This document shows, piece after piece, positions 26,380-37,473 of a stretch of DNA of 64,000 bases (positions are counted from its first letter, which is position 1; every line of letters begins with the position of its first letter). Below the pieces are notes generated by a model. That model was not told the DNA's origin, made no database searches, and worked only from the letters and a program-made list of their open reading frames with translations. This DNA comes from Auanema rhodensis (lineage: Eukaryota > Animalia > Nematoda). The stretch covers positions 6,820,001-6,884,000 of the forward strand of contig OZ059895.1 of assembly GCA_964057225.1 (NCBI GenBank), in the 5' to 3' direction. Both the position numbers and the translations under genes were made by a program.

Positions 26380-27714
26380 ATGGCTAAATTGATAGATTCA
26401 AAATCAGCACAAGCCCTTTTACCTAATATCAACTATGGTGAAATACCTGCGTCGGCATTAGGTGTTGAATCCACTCGTACTGTACAAGTCCCTTTGAAAA
26501 ATACGTTTCTTCCTCAAGGACCATGGGAATTTGTTATAGCTCAAAATTCCAAATCATTCCTCAATCTGAGAAGATGTTGGTTGAATGTAAAATTTAAAAT
26601 TGTAACCACAAACGGTGATCCAGTACCAGATAACCTTGTTTTTGCACCATGTCAACAATTTGCTGCCAGTTTAATACATTCGTATCATTTGAAAATTGGC
26701 GATGTTAGCGTGTATGACTCTACCGTGAATCATGCCTATAAAACATATATCGAGAATATTTTAATGTATAGCAACGATGTTAAAAAGAGCAAACTTGCCA
26801 TATCAGGCTATTATGCTGATAGATATATAGATAATGCATCCAGTGCTGGATTTAGAACGCGTCAAACGCTTGTAAAAAATGGCATATTGTGTGAGATGGC
26901 TGCTCCCGTCAGTATCGACCTATTTAATCAAGAGCGACTGTTTGTAAACTATTCAAAAATGGAGCTAACTGCATATCCAAACCGTGATAACTTTTTAATT
27001 GACACTCTAGGCTGGAATAATGAAAACAAGGATACTACATTAAAGGAGGAGTTTCCAAATTTGAAAGTAGATATCAGCGATGTACATTTGCTCATTCAAG
27101 AGTTTGATCTAAACGCTGGATTAGCTATGGCTATAGAAGATAAACTCGCAAAGGATCGAATACACTACCCCATGACATCAGTGAAAATGCGCTCTTATTT
27201 CATAGAAGGAGGCCGCTTGGATTCACCTAATAATATATTATTCACGTCTCATACACCAAAACGTGTTGTAGTAGGTCTTGTTGGCGCACACGCCTATAAT
27301 GGTACTTTTAAACATTCGCCATTCAACTTTAAACCGTTTGATTTGAAAAATATATACTTGACGCTCAACAATAGGGTAATACCTACCCGTCCTTATAATT
27401 TAGAATGGCGATCTTCCTATGCCACAGCATATATTGACATGCTCGAAGGTTTGGGACTTGGTCGTACAGATTCATCCAATGGTATTACACCAGCAATGTA
27501 TAAAGCTGGTTTCACATTTTTTGTATTTGATATTTCTCCTACTGTGCATTCGTCAGAGTTATTTGATGTTATACGACAAGGTAATGTAGCCTTGAAATTG
27601 GAATTTGGTCAACAAACGCCGCAAGAGGGTTTATATGCAATTGTTTATGCAGAGTATGACTCTATTCTTTCAATTGACAACAATCGTGCTCCATATATTG
27701 ATACCAGTTTGTAA
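26380..27714 (+). CDS. Maverick major capsid protein (double jelly-roll), intact, 444 aa
   Basis: Motifs GPWEF, DLFNQER, PKRVVVGLV...AYNG...SPFNF, GFTFFVFDISP, IVYAEYD. Confidence 0.92.
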   Translation: MAKLIDSKSAQALLPNINYGEIPASALGVESTRTVQVPLKNTFLPQGPWEFVIAQNSKSFLNLRRCWLNVKFKIVTTNGDPVPDNLVFAPCQQFAASLIHSYHLKIGDVSVYDSTVNHAYKTYIENILMYSNDVKKSKLAISGYYADRYIDNASSAGFRTRQTLVKNGILCEMAAPVSIDLFNQERLFVNYSKMELTAYPNRDNFLIDTLGWNNENKDTTLKEEFPNLKVDISDVHLLIQEFDLNAGLAMAIEDKLAKDRIHYPMTSVKMRSYFIEGGRLDSPNNILFTSHTPKRVVVGLVGAHAYNGTFKHSPFNFKPFDLKNIYLTLNNRVIPTRPYNLEWRSSYATAYIDMLEGLGLGRTDSSNGITPAMYKAGFTFFVFDISPTVHSSELFDVIRQGNVALKLEFGQQTPQEGLYAIVYAEYDSILSIDNNRAPYIDTSL

Positions 27715-27851
27715 TGTATGTAATAAATTCTTTAAAAGATTTAAGAATAAAATTTATTAATACAACTATTTTTAAAAATAAATACATGTACAATAATAAA
27801 ATTTTATAAATACAAATATATACAAGATAAAAATTTATAAATTTAAATATA

Positions 27852-30800
27852 TTATTCACAATAACCGTAGGGTAAAGTACTATAATCTTGTAGATAACAA
27901 AGTTTATCCATTACGACTCTAGTACTTTTTGTCATATCCATTGTGGATATGGCACCGAGTTGCCTCTTTAACAAGGTTGTATTGGTTTTTAAAACCAATT
28001 TCTCTCCATCCATAACGAGTCCGCGAACCAGTCGCTCCATACTTTCAAAGTTTACCACTGATGCTGCCGTGTGGTCCAACGTCTGAAAATTATAAAATTA
28101 TTTGAAAAGTCAAAGCTCGTTCTTACCACTCCCTTTGCCTTTGTTACATATTTTACATCACCAGCCGCATTTACAAGTTTATAACTATAAACTTTTGCTG
28201 CTGGTGACACAAACTTGGTCATTGACCAACCATCGGGTATTTCAGAGGTTAGTTTACCTAACCATTCACCCTTCATATCCTCAATTGGATCTGGCTCATC
28301 TAGGCATCTTTGATAAATTAGAGAATCCGTGTCTAAATAATGTAAGTTTAAATTGAATACAAGTATAAAATTACCTGTATACACCAAATTCTTTCCAATT
28401 TTCTCCATTGCCTTATACAATAGTAGCCTGGCATGAGCGGTTGTATAGGCCGCAATAGCTACATTTGTAAAAGGCGGTGGTGCCAAATGTGAATCCTCTG
28501 GTACTGTTGTGCAGTACGCAACATTATCCACAATTTTGAACCCAGTGAGTTCCCTTGCAGGATCAGTAATGATCCTACCAATTTCTGGGTCCTCAACACC
28601 AATAATCTTGGTTTGGGCTTTATCTGGTCTTTGACCCATTTTACCCCAGACACTATAAGCAAATTTGTAATGTATTGTTTTAAAAAGTTTACAAACCTAT
28701 TTAGCTGCAGTTTGGCAATGCTACGCATGGCAGCATTCTTCTCAATTTTATTGCTCTCCAGAGCAACACCAGTGTTCTCCTCGTGCTCTTGGAGATATAT
28801 TACCTGTAAAATTCTATTTAATGTGATACTTTTATTAAAACATACCTTTTCTTCCTCTGTCATGTTTGGCTTTGGCCAGCCCGACGCCTCTTGTTTAATT
28901 TTTATGTACTTTTGTACAAATTCTTTAAACAGGCCGCCTTGTTGCCATTCTTCCCAGTGCCACACCTCATGCACATTAAGCACTTTATAGCCACGTTGTA
29001 TGGCACACTTGAGCTCAACATGTGTCACAGTTAGATGCAGCTTTCTAGCATTTACATCATTCTGGTGCTCACATGCTACATTTTTACTTTTGACTGCACA
29101 AGTGCGGCAGTTTGTAAAAATTAATTTACCGCCAATACGTGTGCCTAATACAGGGTACAGCAAATTTGTGGGTGCAAGCACGTCACATTTTACTAGCCCC
29201 TTGTATGGGCAACATGTCTCAAAGCTTTTGAAACCCTCAGTAATAACTTTGGGATTACCTACTGGGTAATAGGCATCAAAAGCGGTGACATATGGATATA
29301 GTGAACAAAAGTCCACATACTCGAGCGAGTATCTATCCGAAGCTTGTGCCAAAAGCTTATATGTCTGGGTGCGGCCACCGGTAAAGGCATCTCTAGGTGC
29401 CAAGCGTGTAACAACATTTGTTTCACGCATAAATTTCGCCATTTCTTCATTGGCCGAAATTTGTGCATTAATTTCGTGCTCCCACACTGTGGTAACACTA
29501 ATGCCTTGGCTTTGAATTGCTTCAAGCCTTTTCATGGTTTTATCATAAACCTAAATTTTAAAAATTAAAATGATTAAAAAAGTCACAATTACCTCTTCCA
29601 TTGTTTCACCATTTCTGCCTGGTGCTATAGCGCTCTTGTTGGTGCACTGGGGGCAACCATGATAGATACAGCCATTAATCTACAAAAATTTGCATTTTTT
29701 ACATTTATTACAAATTACTCACCTCATAGCCATGATTGGCAACGGGGTCATAAGCATCGAGTAGATAGCGATGACCATCTACTCTCACTGCAAATTCACC
29801 ACCATTAAGCTTATGCATTAATGGGCGGCCCAGTCCTTGTTCTAGCCATTTTATATACTTTATGGCTATTATACTCTGCTTTTGACCGGCATAATAACCA
29901 GTCTCGGGCAGAATACCCACTTGGTTCTCTTTAATGTGGTTCATTTTCAACTGTAATATAATAGTTTTGAAAATGCTTGTATTTTAAAAAACTTGCCTGG
30001 AATAAAGAGAAACTGGCAAATGTCATACATTGTATGACAGGGTTCCAGCCAGTGGTGGCGGTTGCCAACTTCATGTAAACTTTCATACAGTTGGTTAAAA
30101 TACGGACATCTGTCCTACAATATTCCAAAAGCTCTTCATCAAAATCAAACGCTCTTTGATTACGCTCTTCATACCAAATATTGAATGAAGCTAGGTCTTC
30201 TGCTTTCATTCTAGCAGTACAATAGTACTGTTTTGGTGGTAAAGATGGTAACACTCTGCCATAATTTATTGGATGGTTAAAGAGGTAAGGAAACTGTCCT
30301 TTACTCATATCAGGTACACCAAATGCCTTGGGTAACGCTGATAGGGGTAAAGGCACTAATAAATAACTATCTTTAAAATATAAATGATTAAATTTTTGAC
30401 CTCTTAAAGGCTTGACAACCATGCTTATAATCTTGGTCCCATTTAAAATTGGATCAGGATATATACCACGGTTTATCAGCCTAGACACCAAGAAATGTAT
30501 GTCAAAGCGTGAACCATTATGCGCAATCAAAATTGCATTCTCATTCTCAACAGAGTTGAGTAACCAATCAAGGAAACGATCTGTTACAGACCATTCACTA
30601 TCACCTTGTTGGTACCCAAAATGGCCCTCCTTGGTTGTGCATTTTTCGCATGAATTGGCGTCTATACAACTTTCACAAAATTTATTATACACAACCATAT
30701 TGGGCCATTGTTCATCTGCATATTCATGAACATTTGTACCGTTTTTTAACACAACCGTTTCAAAGTCATAAAAAATAATCTTAAACAAGTAAGCATTACA

Positions 30801-33051
30801 CTTGTAAAGATGTAAAATACAAAGCTTGTATTTTTCTTGCCTCTTTTTTAACTGATCCTTCTTCTTGTCGTTAGGTGGTACCCAACAACAAGAATGATCT
30901 TCAGGCTTTGTTTGCCCACACTTTTTGCAAAATTTCTCATTGCAATTGTGCGGTCTATCTGCACGCACCCTGTGATAATGATCACAGTTTTCACATGTCT
31001 GAATTTAGTCTTGTAAAATTTTATATATATTTTATAAATTACCTTAAACATTCGACATGTTTTTCTAATATGCCTGTCAAAGCATTGACGAGTTTTGAAC
31101 AAAACTCTACAACTATCACATCTTATGCTACTCTCAACCACATTTTCCATCGAATTACATTTTAAGGTGTGGCATTTCTTACACTTGGCTTTACATCTAT
31201 GCAACACTGTTTTGTAAGATAATTTACAGTGTTGGCATATAATACCATCAAAAATCTGTGATCTACTACAAGTTGTAATACAGTCATAATGATTATTTCG
31301 GTAGCCTAGTGTTACCACTTTGCTAGCCGTTTCATTAAAGATACGCTGAATAGCGTACATACGCTGTCCAGGTGGCCTAGCGTATACTACAAACTTATAG
31401 TCTGTATTACAACTTGCAATAATATTTAAATGGTTCAAATTATAATTTGGTAAATGTACAGAAATACCACACCTATTCAATAAATTGATATGATGTGGTT
31501 GATTTGGCAACAAGATGTAGTTGCGACGAAGATTTTGAATCCTCCGCTTCTCAACAACATCTTCTGCTGCCTCTTCATCGGCTCTCCACATTCCCACAAC
31601 TGCTGCTCTAGCCAGGCAATGTGTATCAGTGTTCTCAATTGTGCCAGGTATTTTGAGTTCGGCATCAAAATAGAAACCAACTCTACCTTCACCAGGCATC
31701 AGGCTTGGCTGCACTGGTCTCTCATCAAACACATACATTTCAATATTCATTGCCTGGCTAATTACAGCCTCTCGCTTTGATTGCTGCACCTTGCTGATGG
31801 CATTCATGATGGCAACGCCATCCAAATGCTCCCTTCTACGGAAATCCATAAATATGGATCCCTTTTCAAAGGATGGGTGCTCTATTGATAAACAAAATAG
31901 CGCTTTTTGTTTATCTGGCACACCACTTTCAGCAAGGCACCGATCAAGAAACTCATTAAAGAGCCGCGGCATGACAACATGCATTGGCTCATCAATGGCT
32001 TCCAAATGTGGGAACGTGAGCGATCTAACGACCACGTTGGTGAACCGACCAGTGCGTTTTATGCGTCGGTGTGACCACTATAATACACACTTTTTATAAT
32101 GGTTATACGCTTTTAGTTTAAATATAAATAATTTTTGTTTATAACTTTTTATAAATTTACTTTTCTTTAAATTATTTTTATTAATGTTTAAAAATAAATG
32201 GCATTTGATTTTTAAATATAAAGTTGTTTTTTTTTCAACTTTGAAAAAACTTTTATAAACATTTGTTAATGTTTAAAAATAAATGAAAAGGTCAAGATGG
32301 TGTTTTATTATTTTACTAGTTCAAAAAGTTTGAAATATTTATAATTTGTAAGAATTCAAAATTGGTTGAAAGAAAGATATATAGTGAGATGAAATGTAAA
32401 GATTTTAAAATGAATGCTGTTCAAAAGAATGAATATATAAATTTCAAAATACTTGCATTTGTTTGATAAAAGATATAGATTGAGATGAAATGTAAAGATG
32501 AGAGAGAGAGAATTTTATGAATGCAATTGAAAAAGAGAAATAAATTTCAAAATGTTTTCAAAATATGCAATTGGAGCAAGAGAAAATTTCATGTTTCAAA
32601 AGATATATTATGAAATAATATGTAAATAAAAGATCGCACCTCTATTTTACAGACATCGTTGAATGTCGCTCCATATCCGACTTGCCCTCCACTGGTTGAT
32701 GGGGTAGCAGGATCCCATTCGCTTAAAAAGAAAAAACTAAATGTTATAATTTTCATATCGCTTACTCATCACTGTCATCCAAGGTTATTACTTCAATAAC
32801 CCTTGATGATGAGGGCCCACTGTTAAAAGTGGGTGATGTGGGCTCACAGAGCTCAATCCCACCAGCCTCGGTAGACTTTATACGTTTACTAAAAAACAAA
32901 ATATATATAAAGATTCAAAATATTGTTAAATTACCTGAGCTGATTAATCTCTTCATAATCAAATCCTAGCTCTTCACATAAACGTTTATAACTGAAAAAA
33001 GAAAAAGTTTACAAACAAATAAACAAAAAGACACAACCTATTAGCAGCCAT
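27852..33051 (-). CDS. polB: Protein-primed family B DNA polymerase (pPolB), spliced, about 1370 aa
   Basis: Inferred introns: 32992-33037, 32889-32934, 32722-32765, 32078-32639, 30999-31042, 30780-30824 (degenerate donor), 29951-29996 (GC-AG), 29680-29722, 29551-29592, 28804-28845, 28653-28696, 28333-28374, 28083-28126. Removing them leaves 4110 nt in one frame with YDFET, AHNGSRFD, YCRTDV, YEINGCIYHGC, DFCSLYP, KLQLNSVWGK, YTDTDS, KGVTLD. Confidence 0.9.
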
Positions 33052-33447
33052 TGTACCTTGATATAATGAATATATCAGTCTACACATTGCTGTTGGCATT
33101 GTAATTTGTTATGTAACATGGATTTGGGTACAGCTGTCAAAACTAGCAGTTGCGATAAACTTTAAAATAAATAAGCTTATTGAATACATCTGTTTTTATT
33201 GTCCCCGTCGGATTAATTTTTGTTATTAGTTCTTATTAAATTAACTTTATGCGTTTCATTGAGGTCAGCGCAACTGTTTGTTAATCTTATTGTATTTACC
33301 TTCAATGTGTGCTCTATTTAGTTATTGTATTGTTATATTAGTAAAATAAAGTTTAAAACTAATCTTTTATTATAATTTGAAACCTTTACTTGTTAGAATA
33401 AATATAATTAATAACAATTTGTAATTTCAAAAATTAATAATTTAATG

Positions 33448-33597
33448 TCGTTCTTATCGAATTAACTTTCGATATGTGTTCCATTAAATTTTAGTATTTT
33501 ATATCGTTCTTATCGAATTAACCTTCGATATGTGTTCCATTAAATTTTGTATTTCATATCGTTCTTATCGAATTAACCTTCGATATGTGTTCCATTG
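33448..33597. repeat. Subterminal tandem repeat, about 55-56 bp x 2.7, with TATCGAA-n6-TTCGATA hairpin
   Basis: TCGTTCTTATCGAATTAAC at 33448, 33504 and 33559. Confidence 0.85.
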
Positions 33598-33931
33598 AAC
33601 TACCCGTAACAAGTACGTTGAACAAAACGATATACATGCAAAAATTTTACTGTTCTTTAAAATAAAAACAATACGAACACAATACAATAAAAAATAAACA
33701 AACATTATTAATAAATTTAATAAATAAATAAAATTTAAAAAACAAATTTACATATTTAAATATTTAAAATTTATAATTTTTATTTTTACTTAATATATTT
33801 AAAAATAATTAAAACTATATACATACATTTGAATAAACAAATTTAAAATTTGATTTAAAAAAAAAAAAAAAAAAATCATGCTTTAAATCATGATTTTTAA
33901 ATTTAAAAAAGTAAAATCCATGAACCATGAT

Positions 33932-34045
33932 CCCAAAATATGATTTTAACAGCTGACGCTCAAAAATATGTTTTTGACAGCTGACGCGCCCCAAAAGTAT
34001 GTTTTTAGCAGCTGACGCCCCCAAAAGTATGTTTTTAGCAACTGT
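33932..34045. repeat. Terminal tandem repeat, about 29-30 bp x 4, in the presumed TIR of Maverick 1
   Basis: CCCAAAA(G)TATGTTTTTAGCAGCTGACGC-type units directly inside the AGAGAG terminus. Confidence 0.85.
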
Positions 34046-34081
34046 TTGGGGGCGTGGTTAGTAAATTTTGCACGGCTCTCT

Positions 34082-35686
34082 ACTATGGTGTGCCCGAATA
34101 TAGTATTCTGAATTCTTAGCTGCGATGGCAGATCTCTCTCGGAGTTCATCATTAAAATTGCCCTGCTCTTGTCAGCTCCGATTAATATATCCGGTTCAAA
34201 TAGTTCTCCATTCAACAGCTTAGTTCCTATCTTGATTGACTCTTTGTGTAGAAACTCTTTATCCTTGTTGTCTAGCCAAGGTGCTTTCAATCGTGTGATA
34301 ATGGTGGGGTTAGTTGTGAGCTCCATAACCACCAGATTTCGCTGATTCTTAGCTGCGATGGCAGATGTCGACAAATATGGCTTTGACTTCCTGTGTATCA
34401 TGAGTGTATTGGTTATCCCCAATGCCCCAGAAGGTCTTAAGCGCTGAAGCCATCACTGGCATTTTCAATTTCTTTGCTAAATCCTCTTTAATAAAAGAAA
34501 TTGTAGATCCTTCATCTATGTTTATATTAACTCGTTGATACGATTCTGTAGCATAATTGTAGATGTTTGCTTGTACAATTTTTAATGTTGTGGCTTCTTG
34601 TTCCAGTCGTTGATTTTCCTTTATGGGTTGATCCCCAGTACTCAACGTCATATCCCTCAACATAAATGCTGCTTCTGGCGGCTTCCATCCTTCGTTCTCT
34701 TTCTTAGGTGGAGGTGGACCGCCTTTCCATGGTTTGGGAGCTGTAGCTGTTTCTCTGGCTTCATCTTTTCTGTCTCGTACTTCCGGTTTTCGATCCGGAT
34801 AACACAATGCAATGTTATGGTCTCGACCACAATTCTGACACTTGGGTTGTGTGCAGTCCGAGCTTCTATGGCCACTCTTTAAACAGTTCCAACACAGTCT
34901 TCTTTCTCTCACGTAATTCCTCTTTTCCGCAATTCCAGCTTTATTGCACTGTAGAATGTTGTGGTTGTTCTGCTTACATAGAGGACATCCTTCTTTCTGG
35001 TCTCTTCTGACGACCATGGGTTGTGATGTTGATATCTTTGTTTCTCTTCTATCAGCTTTGTTTGATTCCTCGATTCTCATGATTCGTATCTCAACGCCAA
35101 TCATGCTGAAAATATCATCCAAGCTCCATTGTGGATCTTGTTCCCGAAGTATTCTTTTTACGGTCATGATGGGAAATTTTTCCGCTACTGACAGGTAGAA
35201 CCATGCTGCCGTCGGTTCGTATCCTGCAGCCTCTAGTCTTCGAGTAATAGCTTTAACGTTAGAAAGCAGTTCTGCACATTCATCCGCTCATGGTTCTGCT
35301 TTTCGTAGACGTCCGAGTTGCTGAAACACGTGGGCTACATCTTCCTTGTAATACCCATATTCGTCTATAAGGGCTCTTCGCATTCTCTCGTAGTTCCTTC
35401 CTGTAGGACTAATTCCCGAGATAGTCAAAGTAGCTCTCCCACTTAGTCCTTCATGCAGATAGTGAGCCTTTGTTCCTTGATCAATATCTCGGTTTTCATG
35501 AATAAGATAGTTGAATCGATCCCAGAAAGCTTCAAACAATTCTGGTGTTCCATCAAATGTTGGGATCCGGTACTCCGGTACCTTTATGTGTAGCGGTCTT
35601 TCTCTCTCCATAGATCTGATCGGCTCATGTTCTTGGTGATTCTGATGCAGCATTCGCTTCAGATTCTCCATCTCCTTCTGTTGCTG
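34082..35686 (-). pseudogene. gag: BEL/Pao gag and aspartic protease, 5'-truncated and disabled
   Basis: IPTFDG...FEAFWDRF (DUF1759-like); knuckles CPLC..H..C, CWNCLKSGHRSSDC, CQNCGRDHNIALC; protease IDEGSTISFI and PDILIGAD; in-frame stop at 35288 and a 22-bp frameshifting insertion at 34345. Confidence 0.9.
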
Positions 35687-35766
35687 ATGTTTATTGTTCA
35701 GACAATCTCAGCCTAGAGTTTTGAATATTCTTCTGAAGAAGAATACGGTGCACGTGCCATTTGCCT
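35687..35766. repeat. 80-bp remnant of the 252-bp satellite between the Pao element and Maverick 2
   Basis: ATGTTTATTGTTCAGACAATCTCAGCCTAG...GTGCCATTTGCCT matches the unit in the same orientation as both flanking arrays. Confidence 0.95.
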
Positions 35767-35961
35767 ACTAAGAAGATCAAAGATATCAAATTCATTGAGG
35801 ACTTTAAGCCTATTTTTGAAGAAGAAGGTTTGAATGAATATACAAAAGAAGAATTAATGAGTATGAAAAGCAATCCCAAGAAAGGTCCTATGTTCAAAGG
35901 AGTTAAAAGTATTAACATTCAAAACACAAAAGAAGATACAATTGTAATCAAAAAGGCGTAA
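35767..35961 (+). pseudogene. 3' fragment of an unknown Maverick 2 ORF cut by the satellite junction
   Basis: Open Lys/Glu-rich frame starting at the junction with no ATG of its own. Confidence 0.4.
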
Positions 35962-35984
35962 GCAAGCTTTCTAAAAGGAAGTAA

Positions 35985-36732
35985 CTATTCAAACAAATAA
36001 AAATACTTCAGACATTTTCTGAATCTACCATCTTCCAGAGGACTAGATTTATCAATAGTTAAAAAATTATACTTAGTACTCCATATTTCTCTTGTAAACT
36101 CAAGAAATTCTTCTTTTTTAATTTCACTAGCGTGATCCCTGTAGATGTAATCTAAATTCATCTTATCTTGCGGGAATATTATAAAGAAGTTAGCATTCTC
36201 ACGAATCGTATTCTTTGGAAGCTTTATATAATTCTGTGAAATGTAAAAACAATCTACACCAGAGTGTCTTCCTCTAGTAAATATTGTTCTATTTTATTTT
36301 GTTTTTCCAACATTAGATCATCAAAGATTATTAGAGTCTTCTTATTGGGATCAATTGAACTAGGATCTGGGATATCTTCTATTTTGTCAGATGTAAACAC
36401 TTCAATAATTCTTTGGGGATTTCCTTTTCTTCAATTATGAAGTCTTGCTTTTCAAAACACTTTCTAATTTCTTTTTTACTTAATCCATTTTCGAAACCAT
36501 TTATAAGAGCTTGATAACAAGGTTGAAATAAAGTTGTACTAAAGATATATAAATTATTGTAATAAAGGTATTCTTCTAATAGCAAATTCATTAGTAAATT
36601 AGTCTTTCCACATCCTGATTTTCCAATAATACAACCTCTTATTGATTGAGGAAGTAAAGGATTATTATTTCTTTCAGGATAATAATTTTTGACACTATAA
36701 TCATTAAATTCACTTGTGAAATTGAAAGTCAT
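35985..36732 (-). pseudogene. A32/FtsK-like packaging ATPase with two frameshifts
   Basis: Walker A IIGKSGCGKT; after a shift near 36400, Walker B LIIFDDL; after a shift near 36280, TRGRH...ISQ...IRENAN; stop at 35985. Confidence 0.9.
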
Positions 36733-36762
36733 TCTTCTTTAGAAAATAATTATTTTATTTAA

Positions 36763-37155
36763 ATGACAACATTATTTCTCAATTTGTACAGAATTAATGA
36801 AAAAACATTTTATTTTGATTTTCCTCCCAATAAAATAAATGAGATTGCAGTAGTCAAAGTTGATGGTATTCTTCAGTTACTTGGTGAAGGTAATAAAAAT
36901 TTAGATTTTGTTTATCTATCTTGCAATCTAGTTTGTGATACTTTTATCAATGAAAGACAAAGCAACGTTATTTGTAAATTTCCAATTCTTAAAGATAATG
37001 AAAAAATAAAAAATGAACCAATTAACCCAATTAACCCAATTTATCACAAACTTATGGATAGACCAAATGTTTTAACTCTCAAGCTTGTTGACTCTTTGAA
37101 TAATCTTATCGATTTCAATAGGTGTGATCTTCATGTAGAATTACACTTGAAATAA
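36763..37155 (+). CDS. Short minor capsid (penton-like) protein, 130 aa
   Basis: VYLSCNLV...NPIYHKL...LTLKLVDSLNNLIDFN...VELHLK parallels the C-terminal half of the Maverick 1 minor capsid. Confidence 0.7.
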   Translation: MTTLFLNLYRINEKTFYFDFPPNKINEIAVVKVDGILQLLGEGNKNLDFVYLSCNLVCDTFINERQSNVICKFPILKDNEKIKNEPINPINPIYHKLMDRPNVLTLKLVDSLNNLIDFNRCDLHVELHLK

Positions 37156-37173
37156 TTTAAATAAAAAGAATTT

Positions 37174-37473
37174 CTAGATCCTCTTAAAACCAGATCCACT
37201 TTTTAGTGCTCTTAGAAATGCTGCATTCTTTTTATTCAATCCTTCGGTTCTATTAGTAGTCAATGATTTTTGGGTAATACTTCCTCCTTCACTTACTTTT
37301 TTATTGTTTTCTATTTTTTCTATATGTATATATAATTTATATATAATTTAATAAGTATAAAAAGTTTAAGATAAAATATTTAATCATTCCTTAGGAGATG
37401 CATTCCAAGGAAGCTTTGCTGACGCTCTAGGAATCTTCAATTTAGTCAATCCTTAGGATAAGAAATGTTCCAT
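37174..37473 (-). pseudogene. Possible decayed small basic ORF downstream of the fusogen
   Basis: ATG directly after the fusogen stop, several stops, then an open tail ending FLRALKSGSGFKRI*. Confidence 0.25.

Larger units (their letters stand above)
23971..34081. mobile_element. Maverick/Polinton 1, left-truncated (integrase, ATPase and left TIR missing)
   Basis: pPolB, double jelly-roll MCP, minor capsid and adenain-type protease cluster; right terminus reads AGAGAG on the minus strand (ctctct 34076-34081). Confidence 0.93.
20956..35686 (-). mobile_element. Decayed BEL/Pao LTR retrotransposon with env, interrupted by Maverick 1; pol and 5' LTR deleted
   Basis: Minus-strand order is gag (DUF1759-like, three zinc knuckles), aspartic protease, [gap], DUF5641-like integrase tail, Gc-like env, TGT...ACA LTR. 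Confidence 0.9.

Noticed and set aside
27852-32035. pPolB as a frameshifted pseudogene
   Set aside because: Each break coincides with a 42-46 bp intron whose removal restores frame and catalytic motifs.
33815-34081. ORF 33815-34024 and the QLLKTYFWG repeat tail of ORF 33946-34422
   Set aside because: Translation of non-coding Maverick terminal tandem repeats.
35691-35918. 75-aa minus-strand ORF
   Set aside because: Chimeric read-through across the Maverick 2/satellite junction.
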